A stretch of DNA of 62,412 nucleotides, filler included, from Dugesia japonica (Eukaryota), in assembly GCA_001938525.1 (NCBI GenBank). It is 4 parts of 4 records of this genome, joined end to end, with 100 filler letters (N's around TTAATTAATTAA, not from the genome) between each part and the next. Parts side by side here need not be neighbours in the genome. Positions count along the whole stretch, not along the records: positions 17,748 to 30,718 come from MQRL01580461.1; positions 30,819 to 45,086 come from MQRL01632639.1; 2 more parts are not named here. The stretch is one strand, 5' to 3'. The position numbers and the translations under genes were made by a program. Below are positions 27,367 through 38,019 of the stretch, piece by piece. The notes beneath the pieces are model-generated. The model saw nothing but the letters and a program-made list of their open reading frames with translations, was not told the origin of the DNA and did no database searches. Each line of letters starts with the position of its first letter. The stretch's first letter is position 1.

Positions 27367-27564
27367 AATAATAATACGGTTTGATTACGCTTTCATATGT
27401 TTAATAAGAATTGTTAAGTGATTTTTATTTGGAATACTATACATATATAACACATAATAAATAATACCTCAAATCAATTTTAATATAATAAGGAAATTAT
27501 TTTTAAATATTTGATGTGTTCATATTTGAATCATTTGCATACTGATATGGTGTTCTTTGTTTAG

Positions 27565-27744
27565 AATCAATANCAAGAACTGTAGAACTTGGCAGTTTGA
27601 GAATAAAGGACAAACAACAACAAAAAATTGTAGACAAAATTCCTCCTTCAAAAATTGACAGTTTACAAATAAAAAATGAGCCAAATACAAAAATATTAAA
27701 AATTATATTTACTGCTCCTGGAAATGATGGAATGAATGGAAATA
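27565..27744 (+). CDS. Host exon, CLCA-like
   Basis: ag|..|gtaag, 180 nt, in frame with the previous exon: RTVELGSL...DKIPPSKIDSL...IIFTAPGNDGMNG, cf. DxFPPxxITDL...WTAPGDD. Confidence 0.75.
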
Positions 27745-27929
27745 GTAAGTTTATTTGAACGAATTGATGAAATTTAGGAATTTTATTTTTTTAATTTTGA
27801 ACTATTTAATTTTACAAAAAGCAATTTGGAAATTAGAAAGATACGAGAGTGATTTCAAACGTACATAAAATGAAAAAATAAAACAAATTTATTTGTAAAT
27901 TTGTATTTATTTTTCTATACAATGATTAA

Positions 27930-28350
27930 TACATGTCTGTAAACGATGTGCCAAATTCATCATGCCATATTAAATGCAGTTTTCGCAAACCTTTCAAAAT
28001 ACTCATTTACCGATTGATGAAAGTATTCTTCAGTAGAAAAGCACTTTTCTCCAAGGAAAGTTTTAAACTTTCAGAATTGGTGAAAGTATAACTGTAACAA
28101 ATCAGGCAAAGTCATGAGATCTGAATTAGATCGTACTTCATATCATACAATTTTGTCAGTTATTTGTCCAGTGTATGGACGCGCTTTATAATTTAAATTG
28201 ATGTACAAGGATAAGTATTCAACGAATCTATTTGATAATTGAAATTTAATTGTATAGTATTGTATAGTAATTGTATAGTAATTGTGTTGTCTATTTCTAG
28301 TGAGAATATTTTGATTCTTTTCTATAATTATGTTCTCTAGGTGTCATTTC
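27930..28350 (-). mobile_element. Mariner transposase C-terminal remnant
   Basis: KFKTFLGEKCFSTEEYFHQSVNEYFE resembles the mariner C-terminus. Confidence 0.45.
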
Positions 28351-28489
28351 GCAAACTTTTCAAATCAATATCGTTAATTCAACACTTTAAAATTTAATAC
28401 CTGAAATTAAATTTTTTTTAATTGAATATAGGCATTGGATCACCCCCACTTGACAAAGAACTTTTATAACAAAGAGCATAAGTCATAAG

Positions 28490-28850
28490 TATGACTCATC
28501 GATGACTAGAACAAAGACAATGACTCATCTTTTTTATAGATCATGACTCATCGATTTAGTAGAACATGACTCATCGTTTTTATTCAAATTTTTTATATGT
28601 CAGTGATCCAGAATCCACGATTCTGATTGGTTGAAAATATAAATGATGACTCATCGATTTAGTAGAACATGATTCATCAATTTAGTAGAACATGACTCAT
28701 CGATTTAGTAGAACTTGACTCATCGATTTAGTAGAACATGGTTCATCGTTTCTCTGGATCACCCCCCCTAACAAAGAAAAATTTTCTAGATCATGACTCA
28801 TACATTTTCACGAACTTGACTCATACATTTTCACTATCATGACTCATGAA
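28490..28850. promoter_or_regulatory. 23-bp tandem array carrying TGACTCA (AP-1/TRE) sites
   Basis: Unit ATGACTCATCGATTTAGTAGAAC; 10 exact TGACTCA and 2 one/two-base variants; CTGATTGG (CCAAT box) at ~28623. Confidence 0.7.
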
Positions 28851-29007
28851 ATTTTTTTTTATTTTTTTTATTTATTTTTTTATCTTTTATTTAAATTTTT
28901 TTTAAAAATTTTTTTAAACAAATTTTTTTTTAGAATTAACACTTTTTTTTAAGGTTAACATTTATTTAAGAACAAAGTACAACTTATTAAAATAAAAAAA
29001 ATCAAAT

Positions 29008-29309
29008 TCATGGAATTCGTTCTAAAATAATGTCCCTCATTACCCAGTATGGACAGGGATTGGTTAAACACATTGATAATATTTCAAATTCGCTTTCGAA
29101 AAGGTCTAAAACTCTCTTGATATCAATCAAATCTTTTTCCAGAACGTAATGCCAATATTCTTCTTTTTCCAACAATTTGGATTTTCTTTCGCATTCTCGA
29201 TGCATTTCATTTATTATTCTTCTTGCAAGATCTGGGAAAAAGAATAAATAAATAATAATAATAAAAATTTACCTCTTTCGGATATTTCTTTTCCATTTCT
29301 TAAAAGCAT
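29008..29309 (-). CDS. Two-exon 86-aa microprotein beginning MLLRNGK
   Basis: Exons 29309-29273 and 29231-29008, 41-nt GT-AG intron, open frame MLLRNGKEISERDLARRIINEMHRECERK...LERIP*. Confidence 0.7.
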
Positions 29310-30005
29310 TTGAAATTATATGTGAACAGTAAAATAAATTGTTTTATCTACAAATTTGTTGTTGTAACACAACCTAACCCAATTAATTCAATCAATCACC
29401 AATATTTATTTGCTTTGTTTAACTGGCTACTGAATTGCATTTGAATTGCACTTATATTGTTTATACAAAGAAAAACCAATCAAAACATGATAATAATCAA
29501 ANNNNNNNNNNNNNNNNNNNNNNNNNNNNNNNNNNNNNNNNNNNNNNNNNNNNNNNNNNNNNNNNNNNNNNNNAAAGCAAAGATATTTAATAAATTATCA
29601 CTATTTTAACATGCAACAAACTTTCGGTTTAACAAAAGATAATGTTAGGACATTCGTGGTAGATTACTGAAAACCTTCAGAATTTCATGGAATTAAAATG
29701 AAATTTCTCTAGAGCTCAATTGTATATATGTTTCAAGTAATTTTATTTATTTTATTTTATTATTTAATATTTTCATTTAGGAACCTGTGTAGATACAACG
29801 ATCTGGAAAATTCGTGACATATTGTAAATGTTGTTATTGTAATAAATGTTATTATTTATAATTGTTTTGTAAAAAGTTAAATATCTATAAAAATTGATAA
29901 ACCCTCAAGTTAAATTAAATAAAAATTAAACCATATTAAATAAAAACTTTATGACAAATGACTAACAAAATAACTATATAAAAAAACAAATTTTAACAAT
30001 AAAAT

Positions 30006-30307
30006 TTATTGATTTACACTAATTATTAAGTCTTCCAAAAGTGTAACTCTACATCTGTAACTCTCGCAATGAGCATTAATATAAATCTTCTTGTAATATT
30101 GAACAAGAATAAACTCGATTTCTTCTTTTTTGAGCACGATTTTCCGTCGGAATAGAATTATCGCAGTAATATCTAAAATAAAAATTATAAGAATGAATAA
30201 TTTAAAAATTAAATATTACTTTTTTCATGAATAAGGTCCTCCTGACCATCAAAATCGGCCGATTCTACACCTGTTCTTCTGAATTTTTCAACACGGATCG
30301 AATTCAT
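30006..30307 (-). CDS. Two-exon 84-aa protein of unknown function
   Basis: Exons 30307-30220 and 30172-30006, 47-nt GT-AG intron, open frame MNSIRVEKFRRTGVESADFDGQEDLIHEKNITAIILFRRK...CESYRCRVTLLEDLIISVNQ*. Confidence 0.65.
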
Positions 30308-30475
30308 TTTTAAAATTAACAAATGATTAAAATGAAATATGTAATGTGTTATATGCAATTCTCTGTTTTACACAAATCGACCAATTAAAATCGTTTAATG
30401 AAAAAACAAGTAATTATCAAACAACGAAGTGCCTTGTTATACTTACATTCATATTGCATGATTCATGTTGTGAAA

Positions 30476-30718
30476 TTAATCAATAAAATTATACAAATCA
30501 GAAATTATATTATCCACATATCCTTAATAGTGTAAATCTTTTATACCGAGTATTACAATTTTGCGTGATGAAAATACTTTTACACATACAGGATCATACT
30601 TTGTAAGACGTAATGCTGAAAATAATTCTGGTTCAAACCAACATTTTGTTATTATTTTTTATAACTTGTCCCAAATTGATTACAAGTATTAATGATTGCA
30701 AACGAATATCTTTAATAT
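30476..30718 (-). pseudogene. TBP-like gene, C-terminal repeat (copy 2; 5' cut by spacer)
   Basis: IKDIRLQSLILVINLGQVI / KCWFEPELFSALRLTKYDPVCVKVFSSRKIVILGIK. Confidence 0.85.
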
Positions 30719-30818
30719 NNNNNNNNNNNNNNNNNNNNNNNNNNNNNNNNNNNNNNNNNNNNTTAATTAATTAANNNNNNNNNNNNNNNNNNNNNNNNNN
30801 NNNNNNNNNNNNNNNNNN
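30719..30818. other. Artificial assembly spacer
   Basis: 44 N + TTAATTAATTAA + 44 N. Confidence 0.95.
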
Positions 30819-31160
30819 AAAACAGTTACCGCTTAAAAAGCCTAAAAAAGTTTCCCAACTAAATACACAGGAAAATTTAAAAACAGTTAATCTTATTATA
30901 TAAAATTTCACCTATGAAATTAATCTCATGACATAATTTGTGTGCAAAATTTGTTCACCGCCTATTTACATTAGAAAAATTTAAAAACAGTTATGTAATA
31001 TTCTCGCGACAAGATTAAATACATAATGTAACGCACACTGATGTGTGCCGCCGCCTATTTACATTAGAAAAATTTTAAAACAGTTATGTCATAATCCGAT
31101 TGCGTCGGGGGGGGGAGGTACTGAATGTGTGCTGTTCTTTACTGTCACTATCTATCTACT
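30819..31160. mobile_element. Polinton-like terminus
   Basis: Internal repeats gcctatttacattagaaaa..aaaacagttatg; ends cactatctatctACT; same family as 6953-7124. Confidence 0.6.
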
Positions 31161-31190
31161 TCATTGGACTGTGAATCAGTCATTTCCTCA

Positions 31191-31482
31191 CCAATAATAT
31201 ATGTTTATTTGTACTTGTGTCTGGCATTCATCAGAAATGTCATCATTTGTCAGCATATCAATTATTTTCTCATCAATAATGACATCATTAGTTTGTGCAT
31301 CAATAATTTTTTCGGTAATAATATCATCATTTGGTTGAGTATCGTTCATGTCTTCCTTGGATGTTGCATATATTCCATCAATATCTATATCATTTTCTGG
31401 AAAATCATCTACTATTAAATAATTATTTAGATTAATATTAGTTATTATTACCTTGAACCGATGAAGTTATATGTTCAACCAT
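31191..31482 (-). pseudogene. Two-exon acidic-repeat small gene, truncated or decayed at the 3' end
   Basis: MVEHITSSVQ|VDDFPENDIDIDG...DMNDTQPNDDIITEKIIDAQTNDVIIDEKIID with ~40-nt GT-AG intron. Confidence 0.55.
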
Positions 31483-31601
31483 ATTGTCTATAATATATTT
31501 TACAAATGCATTACTAATCAGTTGCTAAGTTTATATCAATCCTTTGTTTATTTTACATTGTCGTTGCTTAACATATATTTATGATGCACACATGGATAAT
31601 T

Positions 31602-34600
31602 CAGTAGTGTATTGGGGCCGTAACGTTCCGAAACGGCGTTTCGGTACTTTTTTAAAGTAGGGAATTGTTTTTAATTTCAACTGAAAATTAAATTTTAATT
31701 GGCGAATTTGAAAAAATATTTCAAAAAATATGTTAATTAATAGAAAATATATCTTGCTTTGTTTCTTTTGTCTTTTCTCAAATAAATAAACAGCAAGTAT
31801 TCTGAGTTTGATATATTACATACCATACTATCAAACTGTTGGGCTAGAACACAATAAAAATGATTAAGCAATTAAAATTATGAATGAGAAAAATAATAAA
31901 GAACAACGAAAGAACTCGTAAGAAATGTGATCTGGACCAGAAAATTGATAAATATGTATAAAGTTATCATTATTATGTAATTATTTTTATTATTATAATT
32001 ATTTTGAATTATTTCAAAATATCGAAAAATGAAAAGCAGCGTTGAAGACCCATTTTTAGTGAAGAAGAAATAATAAATAGATGTATTAAGAAATAATGAG
32101 AGGATAAATAATAAAAATAAGCTACTATAATATAATAATATATTAAATATACCCTATTTCATTACTATAACCACGCTATTTAGCGTTTGATATTAAGTTT
32201 AATTAAGTTCAAAATTAACAAAATTTGTGAATCACCCTTAACCAGACAAGGAATTCCAGTAGTAAATAAAATCAGTAATCGGAGGTCACACGAGGTGACT
32301 GATGACAAGGGATGTAGTTTCGAGTTGGTGTGTCGAAATTGGTGAGACACAACTTACCAGAGATGAAGACTTACTGAGAAGAAAGCGATCAGAAGCCCAG
32401 ATGAAGAAAAACCTGAAGAAGATTCGCTGAATAATAGAGAGCTAAAATTTCATGATATAGATGGTAATAAAACCAGACTTCTCGAATGAAAAAAGGAGAA
32501 TAATTCTTAAATTTTTTTTATTGATTATCAAATTTTTGTGTGCATTACAAAGATAATTTTAAGCTAAGCTTAATTTGGAGTTCGACATCCCCAGAGAAAA
32601 GTAAAATTTATATTTGTTAATTTCAAGTTTTATAAAATCTTTTTATGTAAAATGATACTGAGTGTCACAAACATCGACAGATCGTGATCCCATGCCAAAA
32701 TTTTGTGTAGTAAAACGAGAATGAAAGATTATTGATTGAGTCGAGAAATTATGCTGCAAATTAAGACTATTAAGGAAACGAATGTAATCCAAAATTATTT
32801 TTGAGTAAAACGAGAATGAAAGATTACTGATTGAGACGAGAAATTATTCTGCAAATTGAGTAAGAAAATTTTATATATGAGTTATCATTATAATTGCAAT
32901 TGAATAAATTACTATGGTTTTTCATTCTAATTGGATTTTTATTAAATTTTTGTTGGAAATGGTTTAGTGAAATTCTTACCAAGGCTTCGAAGTGGTGAGA
33001 ACTAGAAAGGATGGCTTCTCTAGTGGACATCTTCTCTGGTTCGTATTACAAAAGGCGGGGAATTAGAGCAGATAGGCCACAGTCCGAAGAAACATTCACT
33101 GATTATTGTTATGATAATTGTTTTAAATTACATTTAATATTGTTAGCAGAAAATGAGATAATGTTTATTTAATTTAGAATGACAGCATATTTTAAACCGC
33201 ACATATCGCTTGTGCTCTCAAAGGATGGTGGTACAGGTACATTTTGGACCCCCTGAAGAAACGCAGTTGCGTTGTTAGATGACCAAAGCTGTTTATGAGA
33301 AAGAGAAGACAGAGATGCTCTATAAAGGTGGGCAATTGGTGGCGACATTTTGGAATTTGAAATTCCTTCAACTATTCCAACAGAAGAACTCGCATCTCCG
33401 ACAAGGACTCAAAATAGTCAAAAGAACTGCAGATGCGCTAATAAAACAGCGAATATAACATGGAGTTCTACTAGGTTAGCTCGAGAAACAGTTGTTAACA
33501 ATGGCATCCGCGGACTCAGAGGAGTGTGAATTGTAGCCAATGCTTATTATCGTGAAGGTATAATCTGTGGGTGGAGAGAAATAAATGATTTGCTTCGAGG
33601 ATTTTGTTATTTGCATTATTTGCCACAATTCGTTAAGTAATATAATTTTAACGTGATATGTATGTTACTTTGTTATTTGAACATTCTATAACTGCAGAGG
33701 CAGTAATAAGTTTAAATGATTTTTTTTCGATTTAGCCGTGGTAAAAGCGTAAATGCGGAGTAAATATTTATTACAGTAGTTCTCCAATAATTTTGTGTCC
33801 TTGATAAACGGTTTAATCTACAAAGATTACTTCCTATAATTGATTATGATCACTTATCTCAATTAAATCTATTATAATTAAATTATGACTAATTTATTTG
33901 TAGTGAATAAATTTACTGAAGAGAAGATGTTGAAATGGATGTAATGCAAGTGCAACAACGGTGGAATGATGATAAGCCCGATTTGCGGAACGAAATTCTA
34001 CAATTAAAGGAACAGCTGAACAGGTCTTCATCTTCGCACAGTTATAGAAGCAGGAGTTAACTCTTCAGCAGGCCAACCGCCTTATGGCCAAGGTGATTAA
34101 GATTTATGCCGACCGTAAGGTTACAATGTTCCACACTCTGCGAACATTATGCTTAAAATACCGAACAACCGAAGAATCGACCGAGACCATGGAACAGAGA
34201 GTCGATCTAGATGCCTAAGTCGGATGGCGAACTTGTAAATAGTTAAATAAATGGTAGTGGACATTAAAAGTGTGTTTTGAATTAAGATTTTATTTGTTAA
34301 AGTTAAATTACGAGATTAAAATTTTTAACTGAGCATGTGAAAATTATTACTAATTCGAACAAGTAAGACGCGATACCACAAAGTCACGATGAATCCGTGG
34401 AATAGAGGGACATGTCACAGAGGTGACACAAATGGTTGTGGTTTTTAGGTATGCCCCTAGACATGACGAGGAAAATATTAAAATGAAAGCGATATCCGAG
34501 AATTTACAGAGAGAATTAAACAACCAAATCCTAAAAACCCAACAAAACTACAAACTTCAACAATGGCGTTAAGGCGCCAATGCGAACCAGTGAACGTACG

Positions 34601-37600
34601 TTTGAATCCCGTCAATGACTATTTCATACCGCCACCCTCGTAAAGCCGTTGTTTAAATTATGTTGTTGTGTATATCTTTTGCTTGTTCATTATATATGTG
34701 AAGATCGTTTCATGAATTTCAAATAGCTGAGATTTTTTAATTATTATATATAATATTAAGATTGGTTTTTTAAAAATACAAATTAGTTGAATAAAGTCTA
34801 TATATTATATTTGACAAAATTTTAAAATTATAAAAATAATTTTGTAAAAGTATGTTAAAAAATAATCGAAAAAAAATGTATTTCAAAATTTTAAATTATT
34901 AAATAATAAAAATTATTTTGTAAAAATTAGATTTAAAAAATAATAAAGGTGTTTTAAAATTAAAGTCGATATTTAAATTATGTTAAATTATAAAATTATA
35001 AAAGTTATTTGGTAAAATTAGGTTTAAAAATAATTAAATATAAAAGTATTTTGGTATTTAAAAAATCAACATTTTTGAAAAATACTTTAAGATTTCTCAG
35101 ATTATTTGTTTGAAATTTTTGAATTGTTATTTCATATTTTTAATTTTAATAAAAGACTTGTAATAATCAATAAACAATTTATTGAGACTTGTGAGACTTT
35201 AAATTTAACTAATAATATATATACCATTAAAGGTTAAAATAAAGATATAAGTGATAAATATTTTTGAAGTCAATCATTTTCAAAATTTAATTTAGTTTAA
35301 TTATATTTTAGGAATTCATTTAAAACGATTAATTGTTATGTCCAACAATTATTCNCGCAATAATTGCAATTGTAAAACATATTTTAGGAACTTAAATAAA
35401 AGCATATATACAATTAATTATTGAAATATTATTTAATAAAATCTATAATAAAAATTAATTTTTTTATTTAAAGTTATAAATGAGAAAAACACGTAAACAA
35501 CCAACTTTGAACAGTATCTTCGATAGAAACTTGTTTGGACGGCAGATATGATCTTCGAAAAGAAAAAAATATACTTGGCTAAAATGCGATTCCGTAAAAT
35601 TAGGATGTCTGACTTGTTCGGCTATTCATACTTTAGGACCTTTAAAGACGCAGAGAGTAAGCATCTCAAAAAAATGGAGTAACACTAAGGTATGAGCTTA
35701 TGGAAAGGATCAAGCTTCACAACTAACTTCTTTGCGGAAAAAAATGTATGAACATTGTAAAAGCTTTTCACATACAACAGCTGAGAAAATCTTAAAAGAA
35801 GCAGACAAGCAAAGGCTCGAAGTTATTGTAGATAAAATGAATGATTCTTAAACTTTTAGCACCAGTAAAATTTTTTGAACTGCGTATTATATTGCTTATC
35901 ATTTTGATTTATTAAAACTTCAAGAAATGAATGCATCTATTATAGCTCACGGATTANGATCTAGATTAAGTGCTACAGAAATAATCAATCATATAGGAAT
36001 TCAAATGAAACCCAAAATTTGTCAACAAATATTAAAAATTCAAGGAAATTTATCTATTATCTGTACATATTATTTATTAAATATGCGAAACAGATAAAAT
36101 AAAAGATCCTCATTTAATTGAATTGCAGGATCAAACAGCTAAAACAATAACAGAATGTCTCTTAAAATGTTTGGAAAAAAATATTTTTGATGATAATTAT
36201 TTAAAGCATCATTTAATATCATTTACAAGAGACGGGGCCAGTTTTATGTTGTGAAGAAAATATGGAGTAGAAACAAAATTAAACCATAAAAATCCAAATC
36301 TAATCACATGGCATTGTCTAAACCACCGGCTTGAGTTATCAGTAGGAGATGCTTTTTTTGNGGTTAATGGGGTCAATCATTTTCAAATATTTATGAACAA
36401 GTTATACTTCTTATATAGTCAATCTCTGAAAAATCAAAAGGAAATTGAAAAATGTGCAAACGCCATCGGTGTAGAAATAAAAAGTATCGGTTGTATATTT
36501 AACGTCTGATGGGTGGCCAGCTCCTTTAAAACTGTATCAGCAGTTTAGCTGAATTGGCCATTTTTATGTCATCATTTCGAAACTGCGAGTAAAGACAACA
36601 ACCGCAATAAAACTGAACAATCCATGTTCAATGAGTTCTATAAAATAATATCATCTAAACAATTTATTCAAGATTTGGCCTTAATGTATGTTTTAAAATG
36701 TTTTATTCAAGCTATCTAATGTATCAGAAGCTTTGCAAAAAAGAGAAACTTCAATCGTATATAGATACAAATTTATTCATCGCACAATCAATTATTTAGA
36801 ATATTTAAAAAATCCACAGAAAGGAAAGAAGTTATTGGAATAANCTTGTGCTGTTGAAACAATGCAATTATCTTCAATTTTGTTGNCAGATAATAAAAAG
36901 TTAAAATTCATTCACAGAAATCAATTCTTAACCAGTATTATTTTAAAATGATGAATTGACTGAACACTACATCTGAAAATTGTTCTGGTTAAGACGAAAT
37001 TTTGAATTTCGACAGTTTCGATATTGTTAAAGAATTGAGAATTCTTGAACCAACCGAATGGCCATCCAAAATTAATATGGATTTTGGAGAAAAGGAAGTA
37101 GAATCTCTCTGCCAACTCTTTAATTTTTGCGTATGGTAACATTTTAAATGCCTTCATAGATTACTTGGCTTGTGGTGGTCATAACATTTCAGAAGATTTG
37201 GAAACTTTAAAATAATATTTCAAAATTATAGCTTGTAATTCTTTAGAATGTGAGCGTGGATTCAGCGGCATAAATTTAATTGTATCGGAAAGAAGATCAC
37301 GTATTTTAATTGATCATGTTGCAAATTTATTGTTTATAAAACTTTATGGACCACCCTTGGAATAATGGAATCAAATTTCTTACGTAAAAACCTGGTTGCG
37401 TTCCCATCGATCCGCTATTGACGAGCAAACTAAAAGAGCAGGGGCAAATNATAAAATTGTTTGTGATTCTATTTGGGAGTTTTTGTAAATTTTATAGTAT
37501 AATACATAATAATATCTTTAAGAATCTTATTATCTTTTTTTGAATTTAATTTTTTGTGTTTGTTAATATTTTGTATTTTTCGGAGTATGAATATAAAATT

Positions 37601-37986
37601 ATAATTTGTTTCTATTGAGATTAGCTAATAATTTATAATAAAGAACACTTTTTTAAATTCTAATTGTTTCGATTTTATATTTAAGCATTTTTAAGCCAGG
37701 CGTACTAATATTGAAATGCCAATATTTATTAGAAAATTAGAAACTCGGTTTTATTGCTGATAAAACTTTGACTATTTTTAGGATAAAGAATATATCATTT
37801 TTTAAAATACCAAAAAAGGCTTTTTCTCAATAGATTCGATAATTATAAAAAAGACAGACTTCGACGGTGCATTTCTTTGATAATCAGATTTGACCAGTGG
37901 TGTATTGGAGCTTGAACGGTGTTCCGATACTTTTTTAAGAAAGGGAACGGCGTTCTGGTACTTCTCATTTAACCAAAACATCACTG
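31602..37986 (+). mobile_element. hAT transposon (~6.4 kb) with KIAA1586/ZNF862-like transposase
   Basis: TIRs CAGTAGTGTATTGG ... CCAAAACATCACTG; flanks GGATAATT / GGATTAAT (6/8 TSD match). Confidence 0.65.
35480..37488 (+). pseudogene. hAT transposase, degenerate
   Basis: RDGASFML, WHCLNHRLELSVGD, WVASSFKTVSAV, NSLECERGFSGINLI, LLFIKLYGPPL. Confidence 0.9.
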
Positions 37987-38019
37987 GGATTAATATGTAT
38001 AAAATTTTAATATTCCCGG

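Larger units (their letters stand above)
28431..30718. mobile_element. Polinton arm D: TIR-like region, spliced accessory genes, TBP-like remnant
   Basis: 28437-28560 resembles the reverse complement of the 42770-42888 terminus; TBP-like gene homologous to that in element B; internal gap at 29502-29573. Confidence 0.65.

Noticed and set aside
28490-28850. CRISPR-like array
   Set aside because: Head-to-tail units without unique spacers, no cas genes, eukaryotic context
29574-29860. Next CLCA exon or TFIIS-like zinc ribbon
   Set aside because: Multiple stops, adjacent to a gap, and motif match too weak for either
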